In this document: one piece after another, positions 1 through 11,947 of the stretch
Numbering within the stretch: position 1 is the first letter of the stretch
How the letters are laid out: every line of letters starts with the position of its first letter
Assembly (NCBI GenBank): GCA_964199315.1
Contig: OZ116707.1
Span: forward strand, 6,696,001-6,760,000
DNA length: 64,000 nucleotides
Source of the DNA: Orbicella franksi
Taxonomy: Eukaryota
Direction: 5' to 3'
Made by a program: the position numbers and the translations under genes
Notes under the pieces: generated by a model
Databases searched by the model: none
What the model was told of the DNA's origin: nothing
What the model saw: only the letters and a program-made list of their open reading frames with translations

Positions 1-25
1 AGGTTGCTTTCTAGGATTATCTGAT

Positions 26-856
26 AGAAATAGGCACGACTGTGGTCCAAGGCAGGTCCAAGTGGTCCATCTACAAGACAACTGTTCTTTTTGCCACTTA
101 AAGAATCCAGCATTGAGTCTTTTTGACAGAATGGACACTGTAAACAAACAAAGTAAAATGCGCTCTAATCTGTTTTTTCATTTCAACTCTGTTGCCATAG
201 CAAAAGAGTATAGTAAAAAGGGTCCTTAGACCCTGCTAACATCATAAAAGTCCTGGTCCTGCTATATAATGCTTTAATTTTTGTAAAACATTTGCATCAT
301 ATAGTTACCTTAATTTCACACAGCTCAATTCCACAACAGTCACAGCTTACAATCTCATCTGGTGAGGCACCAAGGTAGGGGAAGTCTTTATTAATCCACA
401 GGCCACTGTCAAAAATCTGAAAGTTCTCATGAACAGATTACATTTTTTTTCTATAAGCTTCCCTTGCTTGTTTTTCATGCTCATATCCCCACCTATAGGT
501 AAAGAAATGCACAGTGTTTTAGGCAGCTTTTTTGACAGTAAAAGTATATGTAACTGAAAGTATCAAGGCTATAATGTGTTAAGCTGGTGTAGAGTAGACC
601 TGAAGTAATTTAAAATATGAACTCATTCGAGAACCATACTTTGTTGCTGGTGATGAAAATTTACGAGCCATGGGATAACAGATGGTCTTTACTGGGTCAG
701 TGTAGCAAGCTCCTTTTAAATGGGAGGCTGTGATTTTCCCTGCTCACAGAGAGAACCATAGCCTACAGTGGGCTTGATCCCTTGTCTCAACTTCTACGGC
801 CTTGCATTCTTCTGGGGAGATTTTCATTGTTGCTTCAGCACACGCACTCAGCAATT
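26..856 (-). pseudogene. Spliced YqaJ-like (lambda-exonuclease family) remnant, of the type carried by ISL2EU/Harbinger-related DNA transposons
   Basis: Manual minus-strand translation. 856-~640: ELLSACAEATMKISPEECKAVEVETRDQAHCRLWFSL*AGKITASHLK..TICYP. ~420-309: DSGLWINKDFPYLGASPDEIVSCDCCGIELCEIK then a GT donor. ~135-26: CPFCQKD..LDHSRAYFYQ. These match the YqaJ motifs RITAS, GASPDG, EIKCP and YYYQ. Stops and frameshifts are present. Confidence 0.8.
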
Positions 857-1374
857 CTATAGATGAAAGCTTCATATTTGTTTCAACAAAAAGCTCTGTC
901 AGTGGCTTTGGCAAATTGGCAGAAGGCTGTCATGGGGGGGGGGGGGGGGGTTAAGGGGGGCCTGAAAACTGCAAAACCGCACAGAAATATGCTAAAAAAT
1001 GGCAAAAGTGCATCAGATTTTTTCCCTAATACCGAAACCGCACGTACATGGAGGCCACAACATGAAAGCTGACATCAGCAAGACTTGTGATATATTTGAT
1101 AACATTGTACGCTAATATTGAACATACCATCATAACACTAATGGTATGTTGTACTATGCTATTATACTCTATTTACTACTGACCAAATGCCAAGTATTTG
1201 GGTCACATACTTGAATGAGTATTGATATCTCCCTTGACTTTGAAAAGCTCTGTCACTGATCCTGTACGTCTTGCATTGGGTGACTGATTACCTTGGACGA
1301 CCCTGTGTTAATTGTGGAATGTGGAATAAATGTTTCTTCTAGAATTGTGACCTTGTCTCGTAAAGAGTTCACGT

Positions 1375-3350
1375 TCAATGGAAAAGATGATTGTTAAAAC
1401 GTACAGCTCTTCTGTTCCGAGTTCTTGCACCTATTAAGAATGTCGCTGAAATTCCAATTTCCCCTTGGAGCAATATTAAATCTTCAACTTCTTCATCACT
1501 GCTTTCATCAAAATTGTCTCCTTCCTCTTCCTCCAACTGGTTTTCTGCAGCATTGTCTGAAGTATCATCAGACTGCACGTCAAATGCAATGGAGACAGCG
1601 TTCTCAAAGATTTCACATTATCTCTGGTACATAAACTCAGGGAGTGTAACATGTTGTGCCATAGTGGTCTCTTGGCGTACAGTTTGCTGTCTTATGGCAG
1701 CTCCATAGGAGGTGGCCCAGTCCCTAAGTGAATCACAGTCTGCTTGACACATGTTGACGATAGGAAGAGATTTCATCACAGGAACCTGGGACAGCAACAA
1801 GGCACTCTCTTTGGGTGGGGTACTATGATCGCCTGCTCGTTTGATAGTACGCTACCCAGTTAGTTACGCATTTTACCGTCTCTTTCGTAGTAGTTCCAAA
1901 TGACTTGCAGTGCTCAGCCTGGGATAAGTTTACCTGCTTTACATGTACAGTAGCGTGGTAGTTCTCAACATCAAGCGTCATGCAGCTTAACAGGTTTGTG
2001 TGGTCATACTTAAATTGTTTCAGGTTAGCATGCAATCTGTGTAGACCTGTTTCTATCATGGCAACTGATGCCATTGTCCTGGCAGACACATGCCCCTGCA
2101 GTCCATTAAGTGTTGTGTGGATGCCAGTCAACTTTTGAATGTCACGGGTGTTCTCGTGAAGAATCTCTCTGCACTGCCCCACAAGACCAATGGCTTCTTC
2201 TGAAGACTTGACTGAGATATGAGCACCTCTGTCATGCATGGAAAAGGCTTTGTAGAGACAGCCAATTGCTGTGAGAAAGTGTGCGCATTCTTTTAGTTTG
2301 GCACAGAGTTTGATGGAGTTTGTCTGAGCATCACCAACATAAACCACACTTTCAAACTTGGAGCAGATGCCTACTGGTATCTTGAAGCAACACTCTTTGA
2401 CCGGGCCATCAGTACTCCCTTCTTCTTGGTCAGAGCCTGCAAACAAATGTAGGTCATTGCCGTTATCACTTAGTTGCCATACAGACGCGTTCGTTTGGTT
2501 TGTGTGAAGGACGTCTTTGCCAAAACTTGTCAGAACACAGGGTTGATTTGTAAGCTCCATGGCTTATCTGTATTCACAGGTTTGTTGATTGACAGTGCTT
2601 ATACCTTGCCCATGTGAAAGGAATAGATTCCTGTTATTAAGGCACATGCTGTTTACCTTCTGCCAGGTGGTCCTGTAAGGAATAATTGTCTGAACATTCA
2701 TACCATTAACACCAACGCCGTCCTTTTCTATTTGGAGGGAGATGATTGATTTATCAATGATTTCAGATGCATAAATCAAATCACTGTCTACACAAACCAT
2801 AGCTTCAAAGCTTGGCTGCATTGCTCTATCCCAGAAATGAATTTCGTCATTTCAGACAGTGTGCGTTAAATACTGGTTTTTGACAGCTTCAGAGTACTTT
2901 TTTAGCCTTGACGTTATCTCTGCAACAGTCCCAGCAGGTGATACATTCAATGTTGTAGCCAACTGGATTAGATCATCCTCCTTCTTCTTTTCTGTGTTTG
3001 TCATGTAAATCGATCCTTCTTTGAATTCGATTACCTTTATTGGAACACTATCGGAAGCCAGAAATATGATACCTTCGCAGCAATGGATCTCCTTGGCCTT
3101 GAGGTGTTTCCCAAGAGTAGTCACTTTGTCAATGGGACTGTGAAGGTGAGCTTTGAACAAAGTAGAACCGCCTCTCAAAGTAGAACTTGCCTCTCTCTCT
3201 ACACTGGTATAGCAATGCTGATAGAAAATGGGTACATACCACGTTGATTGTCTGCTGAATATTTATCTAGTTCTGGTATGATAGTGTGGCAAACGTACCC
3301 AATTGGTTGAGTGCCTCATTCAAGTTCTTGTTAGTGATAGGTGATCCATT
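1375..3350 (-). pseudogene. Degenerate ORF of about 650 aa with a SAP-like helix pair, NHL-like beta-propeller repeats and an acidic tail; probably the 3' part of a large DNA-transposon ORF
   Basis: Collinear ORF pieces 2852-3178, 2564-2821, 1823-2560, 1618-1800 and 1375-1578, broken by stops and frameshifts. NHL-like segment: FAGSDQEEGSTDGPVKECCFKIPVGICSKFESVVYVGDAQTNSIKL. SAP-like segment: DDLIQLATTLNVSPAGTVAEITSRL. Confidence 0.55.
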
Positions 3351-4399
3351 TCAATCACTATTCGTTCCGTCCTCCCGTGTTCTTTGGTTTTCCTTAAAAA
3401 AAAAAAACGGTCATGCAAATTGTTTATTCTTTAAGTAAAATAAATGAGCACTGCTTTTGCGAAAGTTGGCAGAAGTTTATCAATAATGTCAGGATTACGC
3501 AAAGATTAAGTGAAATTAGTTAGAAAATGATGGAAACCAACCTATTTAGTAACACTGTCACATTATGGCCAAGACCCAGAACCTGAGCTGTTTTCGTATC
3601 CCAGCACGTTCACTAATTAAAGAAAACAAATGAAACCTTACTTTACCAATGGTATCTAGATTGCATTACAAACCAAATACAAGGGAATACAGCTAAACTA
3701 TGACCGCTGATTAATAATTAAAGGGATTTTACCAGTCAAGCACAGACTCAGCACATGGCGATGTGACCTTTTACTGCTGGCCATCCAAATCTCTAAGGGT
3801 GTTGTTATTTTCCGACAGTGATCTGGAATCAGTGCTGCTTTGGAATGCGTAGAGTCCGTAGACGTTTTTCGGGAGCTTTACATTACATTAAAACTAAGTA
3901 AAAATGAGGTAGTACTTACCAAACTGTCTCTGTCAATTTAATGATGTGCATCTCATTTTTGTTTTCCTTACATTGAAATTTGTTCTTTTTTCTGAAATTC
4001 TCCCCTTCCTTTCCTTCTTCATAGAAAATTGCCAAGCAGTTAATTACTACATCCTTTTTGCTTGCAGTTGCAACCTTGACAACCTCACTTGCCATTGTCA
4101 GGCATTGAATAATCAAAGCAACAAGAACACGAGGCTGTACGGCTGTACAAGTTAACATCCAGCGTAGAATTTCACGAAGTCGATGCATCATTGGCCAAAA
4201 CGGTTAATCACATTAAGTATTAACTGGAAAAGGCCATAATTGCAAACCACAGAGTTAAATTGTAAACTGATATAATGAACCCTGATGCGCTGCAAATCAA
4301 AACACTTGGCTTGCTCTAGTTGTACCTATCGGTAAGTGCTAATGAGTGAGAGTTAGTAAACAAGGGTCGATTGGATTTTGTAAGATTTTTTTGGGATAC

Positions 4400-4880
4400 T
4401 TCTAGTATAACAGGTGTTTAAATCAATTTCTTATAGTTAGTTTCAAATTATTGCTGTAATTGAACTGAACAATCTTTATTTTCAACTCAGTGAGTGAACA
4501 AAAGGCTAAATATTTTTTGCATAAAATTATTTAAAAAATTATACTTGTTATACTTCCAGTATAACAGGTTTTAACATCAATACATGTATTTTTTAGTTGT
4601 TTCAAATTATTGCTGCAATTGAACACAACATTGTTTATTTTTCAACTCAGTGAGTGAACAAAACGGTTAACTTTTTTTTTTGCAGATTTAAAAAATCATA
4701 CTTATTACATTTGTTAAAATCAATTTCTTTTAGTTAATGCTATAGCTGTAATTGAATGCAACATTGTTTATTTTTCAACATTCTTGAGTGGATATTTCAG
4801 TTTATTGCTGTCATGTTACTTAAATGTAGCATAAACTTGAACTTGAATGTAACATTGTTTATTTTGGAATTGAGTGTGTA
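4400..4880. repeat. Degenerate tandem repeat, period about 140-160 bp, 3-4 copies
   Basis: The block TTTCAAATTATTGCTG(T/C)AATTGAAC..AACA..GTTTATTTT(T)CAACTCAGTGAGTGAACAAAA recurs near 4440 and 4600, with weaker copies near 4745 and 4845. Confidence 0.7.
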
Positions 4881-5018
4881 AACCAAAAAGTCTCATTGTT
4901 ACTTCTGTAGTGGCATACTTGTTGCAGGTATAGTTTTGAGTTTATATGGTTTGTCATGGACTGAATATACCAGACATTGAGGTGCTTGACTGGTAGTCTG
5001 TTTTTTCATAGTTTTGGG

Positions 5019-6040
5019 TCAGCACAATGTCATAGATAATATTTTTTGGATGTTATACTTAATGGTGATGTCTTGGAGATTCATGATTGCATCCTCAACA
5101 TCTTCTATGGTGTCATGAAGTGTCAAAGAACTTGGTTTCAATAGTTTAGAAATTTCATTTGTGAAGGCGGTGAGCCAAAGTTCATTGTCTTCATGGAGAA
5201 TGCATAATTTGAACACAACATTGTTTACACTGTTGACACTTTGTAGACATTGATGAGAGGTGGTACAAACGCTTTTTACACACTTGACAGGAAGAAAATA
5301 CTGTCAACTTGTTTACAAATTTGAAGTTTGGAACAGTTGTTTCTTTTTCAGGACAATCAAGCATTTGTGGTCCACACAATGTAGTTAACAACTGTGTGGT
5401 TTCGGTTACAGTAGTTAATGGTGATGTACTGAGGAAGTTGACCTTTGGTAATATTTGACTGTTAAGTTTGTAAACTTGTATGATTTGTTAGTTTGTACTT
5501 GATCAATGAGAGTGCTCCAAATGTGGAAGACAATTGCACCAGTGTCATCTTCTAGTATACAATCTTCTTTAACATAAGAGCTTTTCTGTGTTGATTTAAT
5601 CATAACCTCTTTAGGTTTCTTGTCTCGCAAAGACAATATTCCAGAGACGTTCACCCTTTGATTTGGTTTAATTGTTGGGACCTGTCCAGTAGTAGCATCT
5701 GTACTACGTATTGGTTGGTAATTTGTTTCAGGTTTTGCTTGTTCTTCATACTGAAACGAAATGTCAGAATTTCCACAGGGATATGCAGTCAACTGTTGGT
5801 TAAAGAGCCAGTCACTTTCATCCTCTTTGATGATAACATCTTTTAAAAGAACTGGCGTTTTAGAATCCTGATAGAGTTGTATACAAGGATGTATAGAGGT
5901 GTTGAATCCTACAACTCTTCTTACTTTGCTTGGAGCAGTTTGGAATTGGAAGTCGTACCACTGATGCTTTGTTTTTTGGCTGTTTTGATTGGACTGAGGT
6001 TGTGAATACAGCCATGCTTTTTTTCTAGGAAACAAGAGGA
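5019..6040 (-). pseudogene. RPA70-like tandem OB-fold ssDNA-binding ORF with a zinc ribbon (Helitron-associated type), frameshifted
   Basis: OB-fold pattern RVNVSGILSL..KEDCILEDDTGAIVFHIWSTLIDQVQTNKSYKFTNLTVKYY, then CQVCKK..KCQQCK and LWLTAFTNEISKLL in following frames. Lies downstream of a PIF1 fragment on the same strand. Confidence 0.7.
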
Positions 6041-6414
6041 AAACAATGTAATATTGGGCTATAAAAAGGAAATGGGGTTTAAAGATGCTTTTCACCCAGG
6101 AGAAAAGAAAGTGTCCTTACTTTTTGTCTCTGTAGGTGCTTTTCTTTCCGTAGCTGCTTTAGTGTCCTTTATAGAGTGTTTGGTATCCTGAGGTTCTGAA
6201 ATGTTTTAAATTATGTTATTCACAAGGTTGAATTCTGAAACAGATATGACAGAAAATTTGTTGCACTTGAGAAATGGAACAGCATAAATGAAAAGTTACA
6301 TTAAGGAGTCTGTAAAATTAACAAGAGAACAAATGAAATAATTAGCAGCAGTGTTTAAAAACCAGGCTGCATGCAGTTTGTTGAGTTATTTTTTTGGAAA
6401 AAAAAAAAACCTCT

Positions 6415-6560
6415 TAGTCGGCGCGTCGGGTATGTTATGGACGGGTCAATGGATGAGTGAGTGAGTGAGTGAGTGAGAGATGTATGTCACACCAATCAGA
6501 TTGGATCTACTATAAACAGCCAATCAAATTTCTTGTTGTAAAGGTAAATGGTATGTGAGA
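6415..6560. mobile_element. Helentron/HINE (DINE-1-like) terminal block with a (GAGT)n microsatellite; a related block lies near 7540-7620
   Basis: About 7 (GAGT) units at ~6452-6478, followed by GTCACACCAATCA..CCAATCAAATT. GTCACACCAATCA recurs at ~7545. The block sits between the Helitron helicase and OB-fold ORFs. Confidence 0.4.
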
Positions 6561-6729
6561 AGATTTGATCCTGATAGAGTTCAGAACGGCCATATTTATT
6601 CTTCTATAAAAGAGGAGGAAGTATTCATATATTGGGTTTACTTCGACATTTTTTGTGGGTTAGGCTGAGGATTTTAGTTAAATGAACGAGATGAGCCTTC
6701 AGGTTTGAAACAGTTCATGAGTTAGTAGT

Positions 6730-7145
6730 GTGCAAATGCAACAAGATATTTTTATTTTTAGTTGCCAAGGTAACTTGATACTTTTGTTTTTCACAAGGAG
6801 TAAATTCAATTAGAGGTCACGAATCGTCGCTTCTAGTTCTTAGGACATGTTTTAAAGGGGATGAGACTTTAGATTTAAAACAGTTCTAACATTTACAATA
6901 GTAAGTGCGGGTAACGATTGTTTTGTTCTTGTTGCATGCAAATATAATGAGATATTTTTGTTTTTTAGTTACAAAGTGTAATTTGACACTCTTGTTTTTC
7001 ACAAGGGAGTAAATTGAATTAGAGTGGACGAATCGTCACCACTCTTTCCCACGAGATGTTTGCTATCTTTAGTGACAAATGGTAACTTAACACTTTTGTT
7101 TGTTATATGGGAGTAAATTCAATTAGAGCTGACAAGTTATCGGCT
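6730..7145. repeat. Degenerate tandem repeat, period about 140-200 bp, 3 copies
   Basis: The block CACTTTTGTTTTTCACAAG(G)GAGTAAATT(C/G)AATTAGAG recurs near 6780, 6990 and 7090. Confidence 0.7.
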
Positions 7146-8011
7146 GTTGTTTCCAGGATATCAAACAAAGAAGAAGCTTTCATTTCTGGACAGTTTTTAC
7201 GTCTCTGCAGTAGCAGCTTGAGAGTTTTATTTGATGACATTCATTTCAGTGCAATATTTTTAAAGGTAAAAAGTATGAAAACTGTTCAAATGTTCTTTGA
7301 AGACTGCACGGCACCAAGTTAAAGTGCAATTTAATTAAATCAGACTTTTAACGTGTCAGAGGTTTTTTCTCTTTCTCTTTTCGGTGAAGTTGTGTTGTGT
7401 TGTGTTGTGTAAAAAGGTAAACTTACGACTCGTATAAAATGCCAAAAAGTCTCCAAATTAACTTGAGTATTCTTGAGCAAAAATTCCTCTTGATGGTTGG
7501 AGGGGTTATGTGATCGGTGAGTGATGGAGTTATGCATGTGCACGTGTCACACCAATCACAGTGCGGGTTGTATCAAAGAATGAATCAAATTGCCTGTTAG
7601 AAAATAAGATGGTATCTACATCAATCTGAAGACATGTCAGATTACTGTAGTTTGTTCAGTCAAACATTTTATGGCTTACTATTCAGCTATCTTACCATGA
7701 CCAATGTAACATCGCAACCAAAAAAACTTGTCAAATTAACCAAATCATTACTGTACCATGAATGCTCCAATCTCCGACACTTCACACAAAAAAATAACTC
7801 TTGCACGCCTTGCATGCCTATGTTTAATAATAGCCTTTGTGGATGACTAAGTGTTGCATAGTAAATAAACATTGGCATGCAAGGCTGTGCTATTTCTTTA
7901 TTGTTACAAGGAAGTGGATGTATGTGTAGGTGACATTTGCATGTAGACTATGTAAATTGGAGAATGAATGAAACTCAAAGTTCAGTAATTAGCGATTGAG
8001 GTGTTATTTTT

Positions 8012-8545
8012 TTAGACCACTTTGTTGTTGGATATAAATGTGAAAACTGTTGTTTGGGAAATCTTGTTTAGTTGTTGTTCTTCCATGATTCTAGAATGTA
8101 AGTTAGGTGACTTTTTGGGAGCCTGTAATCTTTCTAATGTCATGGGTTCAACAACAAGGTCTGAAAGGTTTCTTACTCTACTGAGTGCAACATATGTCAT
8201 TCCTTTAATGTTTTCTGATTTTCCTAAATCTACCCAAGCTTTTTTGAGAGTGAGACCTTAACTCTTATGAATTGTCATTGCCCAAGCTAATCTCAGTGGT
8301 AACTGTTGTCTATCAGCAGAGTGCCCTAAAGTTTGTGAAACTTGAGTAATGGGACAAATCTGTACACTTCTTGCAAATGAAGAAGATATTGATGGACCAT
8401 TACAGTTTTCATCAAATTGAATTATCACACATATTGGAAGACATGGTGGTTGTTGTTCATTAGGATAAACAAAATGAGCTAGAGTTCCTAATGCTCCATT
8501 ACAGAGTCCAACTTCTGTCCAAATATTCATAGTCAACATTACTCA
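8012..8545 (-). pseudogene. PIF1-family helicase C-terminal fragment (Helitron RepHel)
   Basis: VMLTMNIWTEVGLCNGALGT..RQQLPLRLAWAMTIHKS, then after a stop, MTYVALSRVRNLSDL. These are the PIF1 2B region and motifs V/VI. Homology ends at ~8545, next to TTAA-CCC at 8556. Confidence 0.9.
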
Positions 8546-10629
8546 TTCATTCATATTAACCCGTCAAAGACTGTGGATCTAACAGTTGAAAGCTCGTATA
8601 TCTGTAAACATTTTTAGCCAGAGATCGTTTTTTAAATTTGTATTATGCTCAACCCTGGCTACGGTCCTTCAATATTTTTAAAAACCATGCTGTTTGGAAA
8701 GAGGACTTCAGGAGATTGGCTATTTTCAGTAAATAATATTTATTCTGAAATTGTCACAGGGTATATTGTTAACGATTATCTGTAGACCAGAATGCTTTAC
8801 AAACATTTGTTTTTGTTTTGATTCTGTCGCTGAAGAAAGTGTTAGAAAAATCAGAAGGTTTTGTGGGCATTTGGTGGTCTAAAATATAATTTACTGGTAG
8901 AAACTGATATGAGATGTTTGCTTTAGTTGCAATTTGGCTTAGAAGTACTGTATTCTGAATTCTAATTTGGCGTCACGAGGTGACAACTGTCAGCTCCAGT
9001 CCCTGCAGACTTGAAACAATTTCATGCAACGAATTTGCTTTTTATTTGCTTTCAGAGACTCCAGAAGCATGTATACAAAATTTACAGTACTTACTATGCT
9101 TAGCATACTGTCTTGAGTAGTCATGATGTAGCATAACAATAACAATTATTTTTTTGTTGTGGAGGAATTCATACTGCACTTCAGAATCCCTACAGAGTTA
9201 TTATCAATAACCGGTCACTTATGCATACTAAAATGTTTTCAGTTGGCTCTTTTTGCAATAAAATGTTAGTTTTCTTTACCAGGAATAAAATGCAGCAGAG
9301 AAAGCACTTTTCACTTTTTATCGAAATCAATTTCAAGAAATCTGGCCAAAGTTAACTTCAAATTGGATGAATCCACAAGTGATGTGATAGTCTTTTCTGA
9401 AGGCTAGCATTGTGAAGGAAAGTTCAATTCACTGTCACTTACTGCAGCAAACGGAAGTGTTTTTTCTTGTACCTGAGTACATCTTAATTCTCTTGACCAA
9501 CGTCTATGGTCTACACCTTCTGCCAAGGTTCTTTGCAGTTGCCATGGCTGAAATCACATCATACTGGCCGTTGTTTAGCTTCTCAAATATCTGAAAAACA
9601 GCTTTTCAATGATACATTCCCCTCAATGTCAAGGGCAATAATGAATCTTGTCTTTAAAGGCCATAAATGTAGAACAATCCAGATGGATGCCTTGGATAAT
9701 AAAGGATTGAAAAGCAAAATGATTGACAACAACAAATTAGAGGTTTTTGTGGACCATGAAACCTCTGACGACATGCACAATGCATGCCTGTTGACAGAGA
9801 GTCTTTAATAAGGATCAAAATTAAAATACATATTAACATTTGTAGTCCAGTATGATTTGGATTTTTACCAAGCATAACTACAACTAACTAAACTGGAAAA
9901 TCATTTGAAACTGATTACTAAAAGGAATTTCCTTAACTTAACAAACAAACAAACAATAGTTTATTGACACTATCCTGATGGGGCTTTTCAGTGACAATAC
10001 AAGAGAACTAAACTAATTAAGTTAATAGAAGTGGTTCACAATTCATTTAAAAGGGAAAGAATGCGATAAACATTAAACAATAATCATACAACATACAATT
10101 CATCATACAACAACTTAACAGGCTGCCCAAAGGTGAAAAAATACTTTTGTCAGCACCATTAGAACATAATACTAGTAAACATAATAATTTGTAATGTATT
10201 TTAACTTAGAGTTTCTGGATCAAATTAAGATGTAATCTTAAAATGGTAATATCAACTACAGATATTTAAATTGAATTCTATCAGCAGCAAACGACTTGCT
10301 TGGTCAACGATTTTTGAGTTAAAGTGGGGTGAGTAAAGTACATGATGTGTATTAACTATAATATCAACTATATTAACTATAGCTTCAATGTGATGTGTTT
10401 TATGACAATGCCCTTAAACTTGTTGTTGTACTGTACTTGGATTTCTTTATTTCTACTTAGGATTTGTCTTTCATAGCATTTCTTAGTGGTGTCACCTTGT
10501 CCGGAGAAAAGAATGGCTTTGATTGATTGCTTTTCTAATAATCACTGGTTAAGACCATTGACATAATATGAAAAATCTCCACTTATAATTTACAAAACAA
10601 TTTGTTAGACGAGTAATTGTTGTCGAGTC

Positions 10630-11180
10630 TTACAATATTTATTTACCATTCAAAACCATTTCTTGCACCACACTCACATGCCAGGTCATTGGCTAAAGAA
10701 CATAAAAATGCTCCTAGTGCATTTAGATCTCCAAATTTAAATACAGTTGGTGGAACATTAGAATATGGCCTACCATCACAGTTGCTAGCATGGGGGTCAA
10801 AAGTACAAAAAGGGGACTTTGATTCACATTAAATAGCCAAAATAACATTTCTAGGAGACAATTGCATGGTTGTATGTAGCAAGAGTATTCATCACGGCTG
10901 AACAAAGGGAAGATTATTCGTCCACATTCACTAAACCCTGTCAGTGTTTTCCATATTTTATGCTGCAAGTGTCTCGATTATCAACACATTCAGAGTAATA
11001 ATGTTCATTGTCAGCAATACAACAATAATTTAATTCTGTGTTCAAGTTTTCTTTGCCTTGAATTGTTAATAAACAATTGGACTCGACCATCTTGATGGTT
11101 TCAACGGGCAATGAGATTGATTTTTGGACCTTGTGCAGCTCAAATAGATCTTCAATACAATTACACTTTTGATTCAAACC
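10630..11180 (-). pseudogene. Possible herpes-tegument-like (peptidase C76) cysteine-protease remnant, as seen in animal Helitron-like ORFs
   Basis: A minus frame missing from the ORF track reads SPFCTFDPHASNCDGRPYSNVPPTVFKFGDLNALGAFLCSLANDL (~10810-10680). This resembles the FDPH His-box and the following strand/helix. No catalytic Cys box was found. Confidence 0.4.
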
Positions 11181-11341
11181 TATAAACTCTCTTTTGGTGC
11201 TTTATTTTTCAAAGAAGTCAATGATGCAGGCTTATCAATTAAAATATGACTAGGCTATGTTATTAAAATATAAATGGAAACCTTGATTTATTAAGGACTG
11301 TACCAGCTTCATCACAACATTGTAGCTGGCTCATAGCCTAG

Positions 11342-11675
11342 TTAATTGGCACTGGGCATAGCAGCAGCATTCTTTACAATATACTCATCAAAGGTACATG
11401 TATAGCCATTTGCACTGTCTGCAAGTACTCGTGACTTAATGCCCCATTTTGTTGGCTTGTTCTTTATGTACTGTCTTATACCTGAGCCGTGTTTGGACCT
11501 CACCATCCTCTCATCTATTGCCACACACTGAAAGGGCTGTTAAAGAGATTTGGATTTCACTTTGAAGAACTGCAGAAATCCAGTTACTTTCCAGAGCATG
11601 TCTTGCTCATCTTTCATGCCAAGGTCTGCCACATGCAGCATATCAGTAAGGGCTTTGAATCTGTTACTTGACATG
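11342..11675 (-). mobile_element. piggyBac (PGBD4-like) transposase remnant: part 3' of the Copia insertion
   Basis: MSSNRFKAL..LHV..K..FL..K..K...AIDERMVRSKHGSGIRQYIKNKPTKWGIKSRVLADSANGYTCTF, which includes the first catalytic D (IDE). Confidence 0.9.
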
Positions 11676-11680
11676 CTATG

Positions 11681-11878
11681 TGTTAAAATAAACCAATCGA
11701 GCCACAACTATCCAGGACTTTTTAATCTAAACTGAACACACTACTTGTGTACATCGTCATGTAGGATCAAAAACCTAGTCGAACAACAACAACATGGCGG
11801 GAACTTAAAGCATGCATTAAAGAGAATCAACCAATCAGCTTCTATTGTAACGCATACATTATCATAAATATTTCAACA
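11681..11878 (-). repeat. Copia 3' LTR (198 bp)
   Basis: TGTTAAAATAAACC...ATATTTCAACA; 2 mismatches against 16154-16351. Confidence 0.97.
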
Positions 11879-11887
11879 CTCCCACTT
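11879..11887 (-). promoter_or_regulatory. Copia polypurine tract
   Basis: Minus-strand AAGTGGGAG directly abuts the 3' LTR. Confidence 0.85.
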
Positions 11888-11947
11888 GATAATATGCTGT
11901 TACAATAACAAAATAAAAATAAAAAACTTGATGCTAGATAATCACAT

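Noticed and set aside
934-960. G17 run plus G-tract as a functional G-quadruplex or coding Gly run
   Set aside because: It lies at the edge of a MITE-like repeat (~955-1305). Homopolymer length is unreliable and ORF 863-1072 looks spurious.
1823-3178. Beta-propeller ORF as a RAG2-like partner of the RAG1-like gene
   Set aside because: The repeats look NHL-like rather than kelch-like. The ORF is 19 kb away and on the same strand, whereas ProtoRAG genes are adjacent and convergent.
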